Below, piece after piece: positions 29,401-41,633 of a DNA stretch of 64,000 nucleotides (positions within the stretch are counted from its first letter, which is position 1; every line of letters starts with the position of its first letter). A program made the position numbers and the translations under genes. The stretch spans positions 38,784 through 102,783 of the forward strand of contig JAAPAO010000050.1 in NCBI GenBank assembly GCA_013115145.1, read 5' to 3'. Source of the DNA: Perkinsus chesapeaki ATCC PRA-425 (Eukaryota > Protista > Perkinsozoa). The notes beneath the pieces were generated by a model. The model did not search any database, had not been told where the DNA came from, and saw only the letters and a program-made list of their open reading frames with translations.

Positions 29401-31964
29401 GCATGTCCTCCGTGATTCAGTCCTGGTGGACTAGTAGTCCTACTTACGTAATGGAAGCCAAAGATTGCTACTAGTCAGCAACCATCCATCAAAGACTCCG
29501 GTTACATCTACCAGTCGACCTCCTCGGACACCCTCTTGGCACTCTGAAAGGGAAGTTCCCGACAAGAAGATGCCCACTATCATTGCTTACTATCTTCCAG
29601 TTGGGGAGAATTCCGGAAGGCAACTCCCTCGCGGTAAATGCATACAAACTTCATACCATGCTTTGATGAGATTCCACAATGACTTCCCTCAGATGCTTTT
29701 GGCAGCCTCGTATCTAGCCATTGCACTCATACCGACACCAAATATGTCGAGCCCGGCAGCCTACTTGCTTTGCTGTGTGGTGGTCCAGTGGGCCACGATA
29801 AAGTCCTGAACGACGAGACAGCTGTGAGAAGATATATACAATGATTCCCGCTAATGTCATTTGCGCTCCCGTGGGCTGGATTTTTCCCGAGTAGTACGGA
29901 GGACATCTGCCCCAACTCCAGCACGCGACAGAGGAGAGTAGCATACAGTCTTTCTTTGTTAACCAACCCGATCCGTCGTGCCTCTTGAACTAACGGCTCA
30001 GGCGATCACATTATGAGACCGGCGTCACGCAGGCGGCATGATAAATCACATTGGCGTCCCAAGTCAGCACAAGAGCTTTACAACGATAAGTGCTGTTAAG
30101 GAAATTTCCATCTTACTTGTGCTTCCCTCGTTTCTCCGGTATTGCGCGTCGAATGAACAGATCGAGATATACCGGCGCGCTCTCGTCGGAAAAGTATGTC
30201 CACCATCCGCGGGGTTTCTTTCCATAACCGTCCGTGACCATGAAGACCTATCAGGACAGCAGCTGCTCCGAAATGGAGAACTTTCTTTACCGCAATGCAG
30301 GCTGTGTAAGCTCTCCGAGCTGGAAGGCCCACGACAGTTGCCTCGGTGTCGGCATACGCGGCAGCAGATTGAACGGAGCGACGGCCAGTGCGAGCATCCA
30401 CACATTGCCAGCTGCCACCTGCAAAGGCACCCAACCGAAATCATATATCTATGAAAGTCTTGATAGTGTGGCGATACAATCTTAAGATTCCATTCTATTA
30501 GCAAGGAGACATTCGTGAGGAACGCGTTCCTAAATGAAAAGCAATTTACCTTCTTCTTTAACGCATAGTGCATATGCCTTTGGTTTCAATGTCAAATTCA
30601 GACTGGATGCTTCGGTCCAGCTGGCTCTAGTGTCCTCTAACCCAGGACACTTCCACTCCCTTCCACCTGCCCAGGTGATATAAAGAGTGTCCCGTATAGG
30701 TTGTATCTGCCACAACGACCGTTCCTTGCACGCCGTTCCTGATTTCGTTACCACTGGCCGCCTGGGCCTCGGCAATGGTGGCATTTCCGGCTTAGCGCCA
30801 ACAGGCATGCTATCACCGTTATGTTCGATCGAAAGGGTATCGTGCATTATTTTTTGACAAAAAGAGAAACACAGCAACTGCTCAGCAGTCTCTCATAATA
30901 GCACCGGGAAAAAGTGAAGAATAGTACTTTTAAGAAGTATGTTAGGAGTTGGTAGTTGGCATACGGAAGTTGAGTCGACGATACGGCTGCTCTATATTGT
31001 TTCATGACACATAATTTCTATACAAACCACAACTGCTATTTGATCGGCCTAAATGATTCAGTTACTCGACAACTCGCCGAGGCTCAGTTACTCGTAGTAA
31101 TCATTATACGGTATTAAGAAATATTCTATTTAAGGCATACTCAACGTTGCTTCACAACGTCCTACAGCAAGTCAGTAGGCCTAAACGTTCACCAATAATA
31201 TCAGTCTAACAGATCTACCACTAGCTCATTAACAACTCAAGTATGGCAGCAGAAGGCTACATCAGCTCATAACCAGTTCATGCCGAGACCACTGAATGTC
31301 ACTCTGCCATCCCCTTCCACGACCGCTGCAGTCTCATCTCGAGCACGCCGTATCACCATGATGCCGTGTAATAACCAACAACGTAGGCCACTTAGACGAA
31401 GTTGCGGACCATATGTCGGGGTAGCATAGATGACTGTCTCTCTCTCACCCTTCCGGCAAAAGCCTCCTTTTTCCGCCGCCATACAGAGTCCCGGCGCAAC
31501 CGAGCAATCAAATTATTCCGTGCCTAAGAGTTGGTAATACATAAGAACGCCAACTCGGGCGAGGTTTATCTCTCAAATCTAGAAGAACCACACATTTCTA
31601 GAGCAACTAACGTATTCCAACTGAACACCTCCACCGTACGAATGAGTACAAAGTGGTAGCAAATCCGTAACTGCCGCAAAGTGGTGCCAACGGTGACTAC
31701 TGATGAGTAACGACATATGGTCGGCAAGACAGCATTCGGAAAGTTGCATCGTTGCGTACAACAGGGCCAGCTTATTCCATATCGGACGCGGCGGCTTACT
31801 TCATCCCGTTCACTAGTGATCATTTCCACTAACGGTTTCATTCGCTGCGCTTGGTTAGCATCCGCCAAGTTAACTGGGGGAATAACAAGAAGCTCGCACG
31901 AGAGGGAAACCACTTCGCAGCGACATATGTGAGATACTCCCCAACCACCAACCAATGACTCCAA
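23500..31964 (-). CDS. Large intron-rich gene (possibly two) encoding several PDZ-like domains; boundaries uncertain
   Basis: PDZ-like exons GIGATFDW..IRVKRVELGSAARRMGLRPGDLIETVSG (27253-27435), WGLSLMNSG..IVKGVKEGSPAW..ICEGDRII (24369-24557) and PWGISF..GVITRI (23989-24279); 291-aa Pro/Glu-rich ORF at 24548-25423. Confidence 0.6.
26882..26903. other. 22-nt hairpin-type excision footprint, target atcacact
   Basis: a-tcacac-a-gtgtga-t-tcacac-t. Confidence 0.85.
29184..29205. other. 22-nt footprint, target gggccaac
   Basis: g-ggccaa-g-ttggcc-c-ggccaa-c. Confidence 0.85.
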
Positions 31965-32567
31965 GCACAGGACATCTCCTGGGACCTAATAAAAGACAAT
32001 TACAAAAATTGCAGTGAACAGCTCGCTTGGTAGCATTAACAAATTCCGATACTTGATACTAGTTATATTCCTACTAGGTGGACCACACAGCGACAATCAC
32101 AGTGTGACTTGCTCGCGGGCTTCCCCTGCTTAGACCAATAGGACCGTATTGCTACAGAGCATATCCTGCCTCAACAACAACAGTATAGGCACTAAATCAT
32201 CTTGGTTCGAATAGATACCAAACAGTGCCATTATCGGCGGTGGGCTACCGTCATACACAGACGGTGTAATCCACGCTGGCTCCTACTGTACATATCTTCC
32301 AATATCTCGACCCAGGATTTTTTATATAATCAGACCATCTCCCAGGGATGATCCTTGCCACTAAAGCAAGCCAAACCCTCCACAGCTCTCTCTCGAGATT
32401 CGAGTACTACATATTTTGGGCAAAGCAAGGAGGCTAAACCGTAAAGCTAATGTAAGTAACTAACTATTTAGTAATCTAAATAAATAAGTAACTAACCGTG
32501 AAGCCTAATGTATACTCTAAGGGGCCATAGTAGCACTATCACCGAGGGGTTGCACAACAATAATGAA

Positions 32568-35500
32568 TTAAAATCTCCCTAACGTAATGAGGTGGTAGAT
32601 GGACAATGAATTCGTAACCAGTCCCGGTTTTCTCTCCCCCACCAGTGTCGTCCTCCACTCCAACTTCTCCTCAGTCAGATATCTTTCGCTCATCATCCCC
32701 AGTGCCCGCAGAATCTCGTGTCTCACTGTCTGAGCCAGCGGGTTCGGTACGCTCAAGCCGAGCTTGTCAGTTCTCTTCAGGACTAGATCCTTATCAAAAT
32801 TCCCCATGCCGATCTTCAAGCAATCATCACTAACAACCTTCAGCTCAAGTTTCCCGCTCATCACAACAACCAGACCGGGTGGATGCTTTCCGCCGCACGG
32901 CTCAAACACTAATTCGTGCAATCGGTACTTCTTTTTTTCAAACACGTTTTCGACTTCGTATCCTCCGATCCCTGTAAACATCCGTGACACGTGCGGTTTC
33001 GAGAACAATGTCGCACAGTCGAATAAAAACGTGCTCAACTCGGCCGCTATGCTGAATCGCAAATTCTCCGCGACTTCGTGAAGCAGGCGGGAGAAGACCC
33101 ACGCAGGAATGACGATGATCTCCACGTGCTCCTGTCCCTCTGCAACATAAATCTCAGATCGAGTTCGGTCCGTCGGGTTGTCGCACAATATCCACTCTCC
33201 GGCACGCACGCCGCCTGTTCGCTCGTAATGAACCCGCCTATCGTCAGCCAGCGCAGCTAAGCCACCTTCGCCAGCAGAGCTATCATCTCGTACGGTTATG
33301 AAGCGATATCGACCGATCCTTCCATGCAGCACAAGGACCACGCAGATAGGGGAGCCCGCTATGGTTACAGGCAGACCAGGATAGCTAACACGAACTTCGC
33401 AAAAATGGACCACTTTCTCGATCATCTCTCGAGTGACCTGAAAAGGCGTTCTAGTCGGAGCTAGGCAGGTGGCCCTCCCTACACCAATGGACCCCAGCGG
33501 AGTCGTGCCGCCATATCTCACAAGGGAGTCGGACACCACCCGCCGCTCGGCCTCTGTGCTGCTGTCCTCATCCAGGAGCGATGTCGCAGTATGTCTCGCG
33601 AACCTTAGTCGTACCTGAAGGACTTCTAGTAACATCTCGTCTCGTGTTTAGCCGCGAGCCATCAAACACTCCGGGTGAGTATGTCAAACAACCGCATGCG
33701 CCACGCAGAACCGCTCCGAGGAAGCAGCGCCAAAATTTGGTTCAAATACTTCATCTGTCGGCGGCATCGCCGTCTCTTGAAATCGTTGACGATCACCTCC
33801 ACCATGATCGACAAGACGTCGACGAACCATGCTGATGCTACTGCCAGGAAGCTCCTTAGACTTACGCCGAGGGTTCTGAGATAACAGACTCAATCGTTAC
33901 GAAAACCGACGGTAAATAATTATCAAACTGAAAATATTAAAATGAAAAAAATAAACGAAAATGAAAAAATAAATATAAACAGATACGAGATGAGATGACT
34001 CATCTCATGGAAGGATGGACATCATTGAGGAATTAAGGAAGGACCTCATCTGAGATGAAGTCCTTCCTTAATTAGTGTGAGGCAGGTGGACCGTTTAACT
34101 CCATAGTGCTGCAATTAATAAAATGTTACGGGTAAGATTAATTGCTTGTTAGTGCTCTGGAGGTGATTCTTGATTTAGGTGAAGAAGTAATATTACCACA
34201 CCACACAACGAACGCCCTTCGTTTACTTTAATTGCTTCATCTTCCATCATAGCCTCCAGCCGCAACTGTTCAATCCTATCCCTGGCCCATACAAAATCTG
34301 CCCACATCTGTGTCTCTCGAAGAAGGAGCTCTCTGAAACACGAACGATAACAGACGTTAGTGCTGCCAAAACTATAGACAGTATTCGATCCTTCTTTGCG
34401 ACAATTCCCCGTGTTAGAAGAGCATGAGTTACTGACACTGTTAAGGGCAGTATCCTTCTCTAGAGGACCTCATCATTTCCAAGCAAAATTCACGTTGTAC
34501 CTCGGAACTATGATTATATTTCAATGAGCCTAGATGAGTGGCGTAACCTGCACATCCTCGTATTGGCTGCTGTCCTTCAGTAAAGCAGACGTCTTCGAAC
34601 TTCAACATCCATACTACCGTTTCTGCCTGAGTCCAGATTTCCCTCGTCCTCTCTGCCGAGCCGGCTCAATAAAAGGCGGCAACGTTTTCCGCGCAGCAGT
34701 AAGGCGAAGAATCATCAATTGTAATGGTGGTGATGTATGATCGCTATCTGTCGCACATGATACCAACCACCACAATCTAACCAAACCTACCATCGTTGCC
34801 GAGTATGAACGACTTGACTGCCGCGTCAGCTGACTTAAAAGCCGACTGGTAATCTCCCAGTCTCATAGAGCACACGGCCAAGTTAAACATCAATACGGAT
34901 TCCACCACCTTCCCTCCGTTAAGCTTTTTTATCCGATCAATGCACCACTGGAATACAAGCCTCGCTCTCTGAGGAACGATCCTCCAAAGCTGCCTTGCCA
35001 GGATTCCTCACCTGAGCGTTTTTCAACCTCTCCATAGCGCACCCCAACGTCCCCATTAGCTCGACGAGGAGCTCCTCGGTGTCTCGAGCCTCCTCCTTCG
35101 CAATTCCCATTGTACTCGCCAAGACGTTGTATCGCTCCGCTTCTGACTGACTGCGGCACACCGTAGCAACCTGAAGTCCCAGAAAGATACGCCTCTATTA
35201 CGTGCACTAGGCCATTGTACAGAATGATCGAAAAAACCGAACAGCTCGCTTGCTGCGAAGTCCGCAGAGATAGATGCTTTTGTGACTTCTGTGATCGACA
35301 ACGTCCAAACCCACTACTCGGGAAGAATCGCTACCGATGAGAATGCATTAAGCGCATCTTCTTGCAATAGAATTATATTATCTGTACAAATCTGCATTGT
35401 ACATAACAACCTTCAAGAACCATTCTTCCATGAGCCCCAATATATCTCAGAAACCTATACAGCTTATCGGGAATATTATACCAAAGTTCCTGGATGGATG

Positions 35501-36651
35501 TATCCGATCTGTCCTCTATAAGCACCTTCTATAAGTCTATCTGTATTGCTCCAGGATCGTAAGTTCATACATAGGGTCATCTTAGTCGACAAGAGATGTC
35601 GTAATCGAAATTTTCGCAGATTTCCCCGGCTTCTCAGTACAGTGGTAAACTACTTGTGAAATTTTCACTGCTCGACTGAAGAAAACTAGTAGACATCCCA
35701 ACACAGTTTTTCAAGTGTCCTCCGAACATCATCGTTCTTTCCCATAGTACTACCGCTTTCCTTCCAGTCTCATATACTCCCTCCCAATCGCCTTGGTGAA
35801 TCTTGTGGAACAACGGTCCTTTTTCTATCTTCCCTGGCAGCTCCGTGCGAGCATCAACCGCCAACTGTGGAGATGGGCCGATGACCGCAGGTATTAAATC
35901 GATCGGCAATGGCTGGAACCTAGTCATCCGCCCCGGGGCGCTTTTCGGACGAGCTCGCCTGACCGCCGAAGCTTTCGGGGAAGATCCCCGACGGAACAAT
36001 CGAAACGACTCGGTTCCAGACAGTGTGTTCCTCCTCCTGCGGTTTGTCGGAGTTAGTAAGAAAGGGGTACCCAACTGCATCACTAAGACGCAGAGAGAGC
36101 TCAGGAACAGCCTCAAGCCCAGCAGCCTTACCAGACACACTCAGCGAGCTCGATCGCCGTCGCTGCCCTTTCCTCGGTTGGAGCTTAGGCGAGCGGTTTC
36201 CTTTATCTTTCTTTTGTCTTCTTTCGAATTGATGAGTCTTGCTCCGTTTAGGCGCCTCTGCGGCCGGATCCTCGGCACTGTGTGGTTTCATATTTTTCTC
36301 CAAGAACAAGTGTTTTTCCCAACGAGCGTCCGCAAACTCCTTGCAGTGTTTGATCTGGCAGATCTCTTCGGGACGCGCCTCGACGAGATTGATCAGATCC
36401 ACAATGCGTGACTTCTCTATATCAGTTCTACTGATCGACCTCCTCCCAACACAACTGGGCAGTTCTCTCCGTCCAGCCGGTGTGGTATGAGGCCTCAAAG
36501 AGCCGGCACGTGAGATGCGAGACTGGCTGCGGTCTGCTGCTGCTGTGGCACGATTGCCGTGGCCGGTTAATGACGGCCTCGATCTCACAGGGCTTGTTCG
36601 AATGCTTCTTCTTGATACTATTGATCGTCTAACGAACGAAGAACAGACCAA
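32568..36651 (-). CDS. Hypothetical protein with degenerate cyclic-nucleotide-binding-like domain(s), spliced; 5' end uncertain
   Basis: 355-aa terminal ORF with KYRLHELVFEPCGGKHPPGLVVVMSGKLEL resembling the cNMP beta-barrel start; further long same-strand ORFs up to 36651. Confidence 0.5.
33990..34073. repeat. Paired 1-nt-spacer palindromes (9-bp arms; 21-bp arms with 1 mismatch) sharing core agatga
   Basis: atgagatga-c-tcatctcat and aattaaggaaggacctcatct-g-agatgaagtccttccttaatt. Confidence 0.85.
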
Positions 36652-37705
36652 TGGGTAGTGGGGAACTGAGATGCGTTAAAGAGATAATTTTCGAAATCCG
36701 ATTGTAGGATCGTCTTCAACACGTTGAGTAGGATTCTAGAAATAACTAAAGGCCGTACGAGAAACAATTTAACAAGCACAAGCATATGACCCGATAGGTT
36801 AGTGACTTCTCACCTCGAACCCTCTCTGGACGATCCTCGAAGAGACACAAATGAAGACATTTTTAAAGAGCTCGGCAGCTGAATGAAAAACGATAAGTAG
36901 CCGCCATTTCAAACCAGCGGCCGCGAGCGACAGAGAGAGAGAAGACAGAGTTTTCATGCTGCAGAATATCGGGCGCGCGAGATCCGTTTTGCGCTGGCAG
37001 TGCAGCTCTTGTCGCGTTCGCCCGTGAATACACACTAAAGTGTCACGGTCACAGTCGAGTCATAGAATACAGTATGTCTAAGTGAGGTTTACGAAGTAGA
37101 CAAGTTTAGTTGTGGTCGTCAATAAGCGGCACGCGTGCACGGACAGCACGTCGCGTGCACGCGTGACACAATCCTAGTGCGCTGTGCATGCAATTGCAGA
37201 AAGATACGGTGCTTCGAGGTTCGGGGCATCAGTGATTGTATCTCATATTAGGTTGTTTTCCACCGCGTTTTTGACCCACCCTCCTCTCCCGGGTTGGACC
37301 TTTTGAGTTTATGTTGCGAACATGGGTGTGTGTCTATGCTCGCAATTTAAACCCATAAGGTCGTGCACACCCTCGCGCCGCGGCGGCCAGTTTACGGGCA
37401 CATAGCCCATCCCTTGGCACGGTTTCCGGGCTTCGGGTTTCGGGCTACTGGTTGTTTACGGGTTCGCCGCTCGCTTGGGTGCACTGCGCTGCCCCATCCG
37501 CCTTCGTGAGAGAGAGTTGGTTGATGACGTAAAACTAACCGAGCCTTTTCCGGCGTTGGACTATAAACTCACGCACACAGAGATGTGAAACGGTTGATCG
37601 TTTTGTGGAGAGTCACAGGCGTCGCGAAATTTCGTGCTTGCGTTAATACCAAGCCGTCCGAAAATCTTCAGCAGTTCGGAAAATGCTGTCTGATTATCTT
37701 GCATT

Positions 37706-37799
37706 GTGAAATTGCGATCCTTATTCGCGAAATTGATGTCCCTATTTGCGAAAATGATTTCCTTATTCGCGAAATTGGTGACCTTGAACGCGAAATAGG
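37706..37799. repeat. Degenerate 21-bp tandem repeat, about 4.5 units (gcgaaattg..cctt/ccct..)
   Basis: Units start at 37706, 37727, 37748, 37769 and 37790. Confidence 0.75.
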
Positions 37800-38330
37800 T
37801 TTCTGAGAGGTACAGGTGAGAGAGGCGGTCTCCTTGGATTTACAATCAAGGCTTAACACTAACTCCGCCGCTTGCTTTAGGTTTAGAATCCTAGTCTGCA
37901 AGCAGGCACCGTCAGGAAGACAACAATGACGTGACTATTTTTCTGCCTCGGATGCTCAGATTATCACGAAACGAAGAGTGAAAACTCGTAGCTGTTAAGC
38001 GGAGTTGAAGGCGTTGTTAAGACTTCTCGACCCATCGCGACTGGATTCCTTAGGCTGTCTTACGACAAACTAAGGCTTTGTTACAAATCTGTCACTGATA
38101 AGTCTGTGCATCAGGATTGGGCATGAGTTATGCGAAGCTAACCAGCGCCCACAAGCACAGCTGTCTACTGTGCACAAATCGTCAGTAATCATTACTGATG
38201 ATGTATTATGCATCAGTCATTACAAATACAGGTAACGGAGCAATTGAAATTTCATGATGGGATGAATGCGGTCATAAACACAAAACATATCCGAAAATAT
38301 GCGATAGAAAGAGGATTTCACCGCGATGCA

Positions 38331-38367
38331 GGCTTGATTCAAGCCGCTTGAAGTTCAAGCCTTGAAC
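38331..38367. other. Two overlapping 22-nt footprints (targets ggcttgaa and gcttgaac)
   Basis: g-gcttga-t-tcaagc-c-gcttga-a (38331-38352) and g-cttgaa-g-ttcaag-c-cttgaa-c (38346-38367). Confidence 0.85.
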
Positions 38368-38708
38368 GAATTATTCATTCGCCACGCCCCTAGCCACTAC
38401 TGTTGCGAGGATCCACGATGTGAATGAGCGCACAATCAAGGAATAAGCGGCACTCTGGCCCATAACGAAATAACTGTCAGTGCCAGGCTGACACTGCCTA
38501 CTAGTTGACAGTTCACTGATCGTTTTAAGATCCGAGGCAACGGGCCTTCGCTTGAGTGTCAGGGGTGTGGTGTCACCCCACTTATTTGCGGCGCCAACAC
38601 TATATGATTTCCGATCCACGAAATAGCCTAGGCTAGGCTTACCGCACAACTAGTGGGTGAGGGTGAGGTGGACATTTAACGGCCGGGAACAAGAGTTCCG
38701 GGGTTGAA

Positions 38709-38730
38709 ACGTTCACTGAACGTGGTTCAG
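38709..38730. other. 22-nt footprint with one substitution, target acgttcag
   Basis: a-cgttca-c-tgaacg-t-ggttca-g. Confidence 0.7.
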
Positions 38731-38944
38731 TCTAAACATGCAGTTTGTGAACTCATCTGCAATCCTTTCACAGTGTTGGAAGATACTGGAGCGATATTCG
38801 AAGAGCTCTATCGTCCGGTTGGAAGGTTATGGCGCGGAGGGCCTCCTTTGGCGACCGCCAAAAATAGCTTAAGAAATACCTCAAGCTCATTCTACTATTT
38901 TCATTCTGAACTCCTGGGGCTTTGCCAACTCAGTCTTTTCAGCC

Positions 38945-39649
38945 ATGTACTTCATCATCCGTATGCTCCCTCTCGTGTGCTTCCTGTGCACTAAGGCAGA
39001 GATAATGCTACAAGACGCCACAAATGGAGAAGGGTAGGGTATTCAGAGTCCGTAGTTGCTAAAGTCAACGTGACGCTGGTAACTAGTTTCTCTTCTCTCT
39101 TCTGTCACCACTCCTTGTGGCGACTGAGTCTCCGCGACTCCCTCGTTATTCCCATTCAACATCTTCAGGTACAATTCAAGCTCGCTAGCCGGCGCTGACG
39201 GTACAGAAAGGCGTTTGGTTCAGTTGCGAGCGTGTGTTTTGAAAATAGGTTCATGCTACGAGAAGCCTATCGGGAAGTGCTACTATAGCAGAATTGCTGG
39301 AGGTGTTGCGGGATGTCACTGCTCGCCACCGGCTCTAGTCGGATACACTACGGTATGTTCCTGTAGCTCGTGAACTAGAATAGTATGTTATTTCAGGCCG
39401 GGATGTTCGATATTGACTTCGTTGTTTGCACTACACCATGTGGTGGAAATACGTGTCCCAAAGCTCCTAAGGGGACGGGCAGTTGTACCAAAGTGTTCTC
39501 CAGATCGATGTGCGTTATCAACTGCAATGACGACGAAGTAGGGTATCATAAACGCCAGCTTCATGGATTCGGAGTGTCAGGACTGCCCAGAAGCTGCCGT
39601 ATGCCACAACTGGGGAGGAGCTACTAAGAGTTGCATGTACCGTCCCTAG
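38945..39649 (+). CDS. Secreted 13-Cys protein family, copy 2 (5 exons)
   Basis: MYFIIRMLPLVCFLCTKAEIMLQDATNGEG|YNSSSLAGADG|SCYEKPIGKCYY..GCHCSPP..|..VCTTPCGGNTCPKAPKGTGSC..MCVINCNDDE|DCPEAAVCHNWGGATKSCMYRP*. Confidence 0.88.
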
Positions 39650-40917
39650 CCCACATCATAACTCGTCGGCGGTCCTTAGTCAGAAGTTTTCAACTCCTGA
39701 CCGTTCATGATGAACGGTTCATCATTGCGGGTCATTTGGAATGGCCCATTTATCTGTCGTCGCATCCGATGCGTCTTAGAAATAACCTTTTTTTGACTAG
39801 AGGCTGCTCCAATGTAAGGCCTCTAGTCACTTGTCATTCATCATTTCATAGTCACCAAGTGTCGGTTTCCTCGCCTACTCAGCTATCTTAGGGAAGAACC
39901 GGTTACCGGGCCTCACGATTTAGTCCCTGGCCAAATATCAATCTGATCCTATCGGTCCTCCGATTGTTGAGTTGTCAATTGGTTTCGCCACGATTTATCC
40001 TTCTTCTCATTCTGAGCTCAGGGAGCTCAATGCCATTGAGTCATTGGATTACCGTTGCCGTGGCGGCAATGCCGTCGGATACACCACTTCTGGTATTCCA
40101 TCCGGGTAGTGAATACAAGGTTGTCCAACTCAAAGAGTCAGACATATATGGAGCCGAAACATCCCGTGGATGCACGGTCCGGGGACAGCTCCTTCCACAA
40201 TAGTCATCTGAGAAATGTTTCCCGCGCTTTACCGCCAACATCAGCTCTTCAAATGAAGACTTAACAACTATCGTCATGTTCTTCGCGTCCGGTACCCTTT
40301 TGATCTGTTAGATCAAGTTGACTCTTTGACAAAGAGTCTTTGTCGAACATGCTCATAATGCTGCATACATCCGGCATGGCGCAAGGAGTCCCCGCACTTG
40401 GTCAGTATGTTGCACAGCAAGCTTTGTTTCTGTTCTCATATGATCACGGAACGATTTGTGGGGATTCACAGTACATCGATCTCTCCACCTTGACTCGGGG
40501 CGGGGGATCTTCAAGACCGGCTCATAGGGCTCTGACTGTTAAATACCGTGACGGGATCTTCCGCTTTCCTTTAGCGGTCGGAGCCATAGAGTTAACTACG
40601 CATGGCTCACTACGCATGGCTCACCGCACAGACCGCACAAAAAATGTATTCGGGTTAAGTGGGTAAATGTGGCATTTCATAACAAAGGCTCCGAGTTGAT
40701 TTTTCAATCACAGGTGCAGCAGTCTGAAGAGCAGTCCTTCAGCCCCACCCGGTGGTCAAACACACAAGAATGACCTGGATGGTTTAAAATCCTCGCCGCA
40801 TAGACCATGCGGTCGGGAGCGGATCGCCTTCGATAGCGAGGAGCATTGTTTAGGGCGTAAGCTTAACACTATTCAACGACCACTTCCAAGCATTCATCGA
40901 TGTTATACTCGCTAACC

Positions 40918-41633
40918 ATGTCCGGTATGATCTTCCTAATGTACATCATGGGCACCAAGGGAGAACTGAGGGTACAAGATATTGGAAATAGGTAGGAAAC
41001 CTACCGTGGGTAGGAAACCACGTTTGCTAATGGGGCGAGGTAGGAAACGAAGACTCCGTTATCATCCTAGCGGCTAGGACCTAGCCAGATTGCAGACTTT
41101 AGTCCCTTCTTCCTGTATTTGCATCACTCGCTTGCATAACTTGTCAGATACAATCCAGTCTCGATCTATGGTCATCAAGGTGGAGTTTTTCGTTTTCGTT
41201 GCGAATGTGTATGCCGTCAAAAGGTTCATGTTATGAGAAACCCTTCGGCACGTGCATCTATAACCAATCCGATGGCTATGTATACGGGTGTTCCTGCTCG
41301 GCACCAGCTGGTGTGATTTACGCTCTGGTAGTTTTCTAGCCCGGACTGAAGGCATTCACCTGATCTATCTTCCAGACCAAAGATTATGAAATTGACGTGG
41401 TCGCTTGTACTGATGATTGTGATGGAGATTCCTGTCCTAATGCACCTAAAGGGACGGGCAGTTGCGACCCAGTGGGATATGTGGAAACAGCTTGCCTGAT
41501 TAACTGTAAGGATGACAAAGTAAGAAAATATGATTATGAACCCGATCGATGCCTTACACGGTAGGACTGCCTTGAAACGGCCATCTGCTACGACGGGGGA
41601 GGACCTTCTGGCGTATGTATGTACCGTCCCTAG
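40918..41633 (+). CDS. Secreted 13-Cys protein family, copy 3 (5 exons)
   Basis: MSGMIFLMYIMGTKGELRVQDIGNR|YNPVSIYGHQG|SCYEKPFGTCIY..GCSCSAP..|..ACTDDCDGDSCPNAPKGTGSC..ACLINCKDDK|DCLETAICYDGGGPSGVCMYRP*. Confidence 0.88.
41065..41086. other. 22-nt footprint, target tcctagcc (intron 1 of Cys-rich copy 3)
   Basis: t-cctagc-g-gctagg-a-cctagc-c. Confidence 0.85.
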
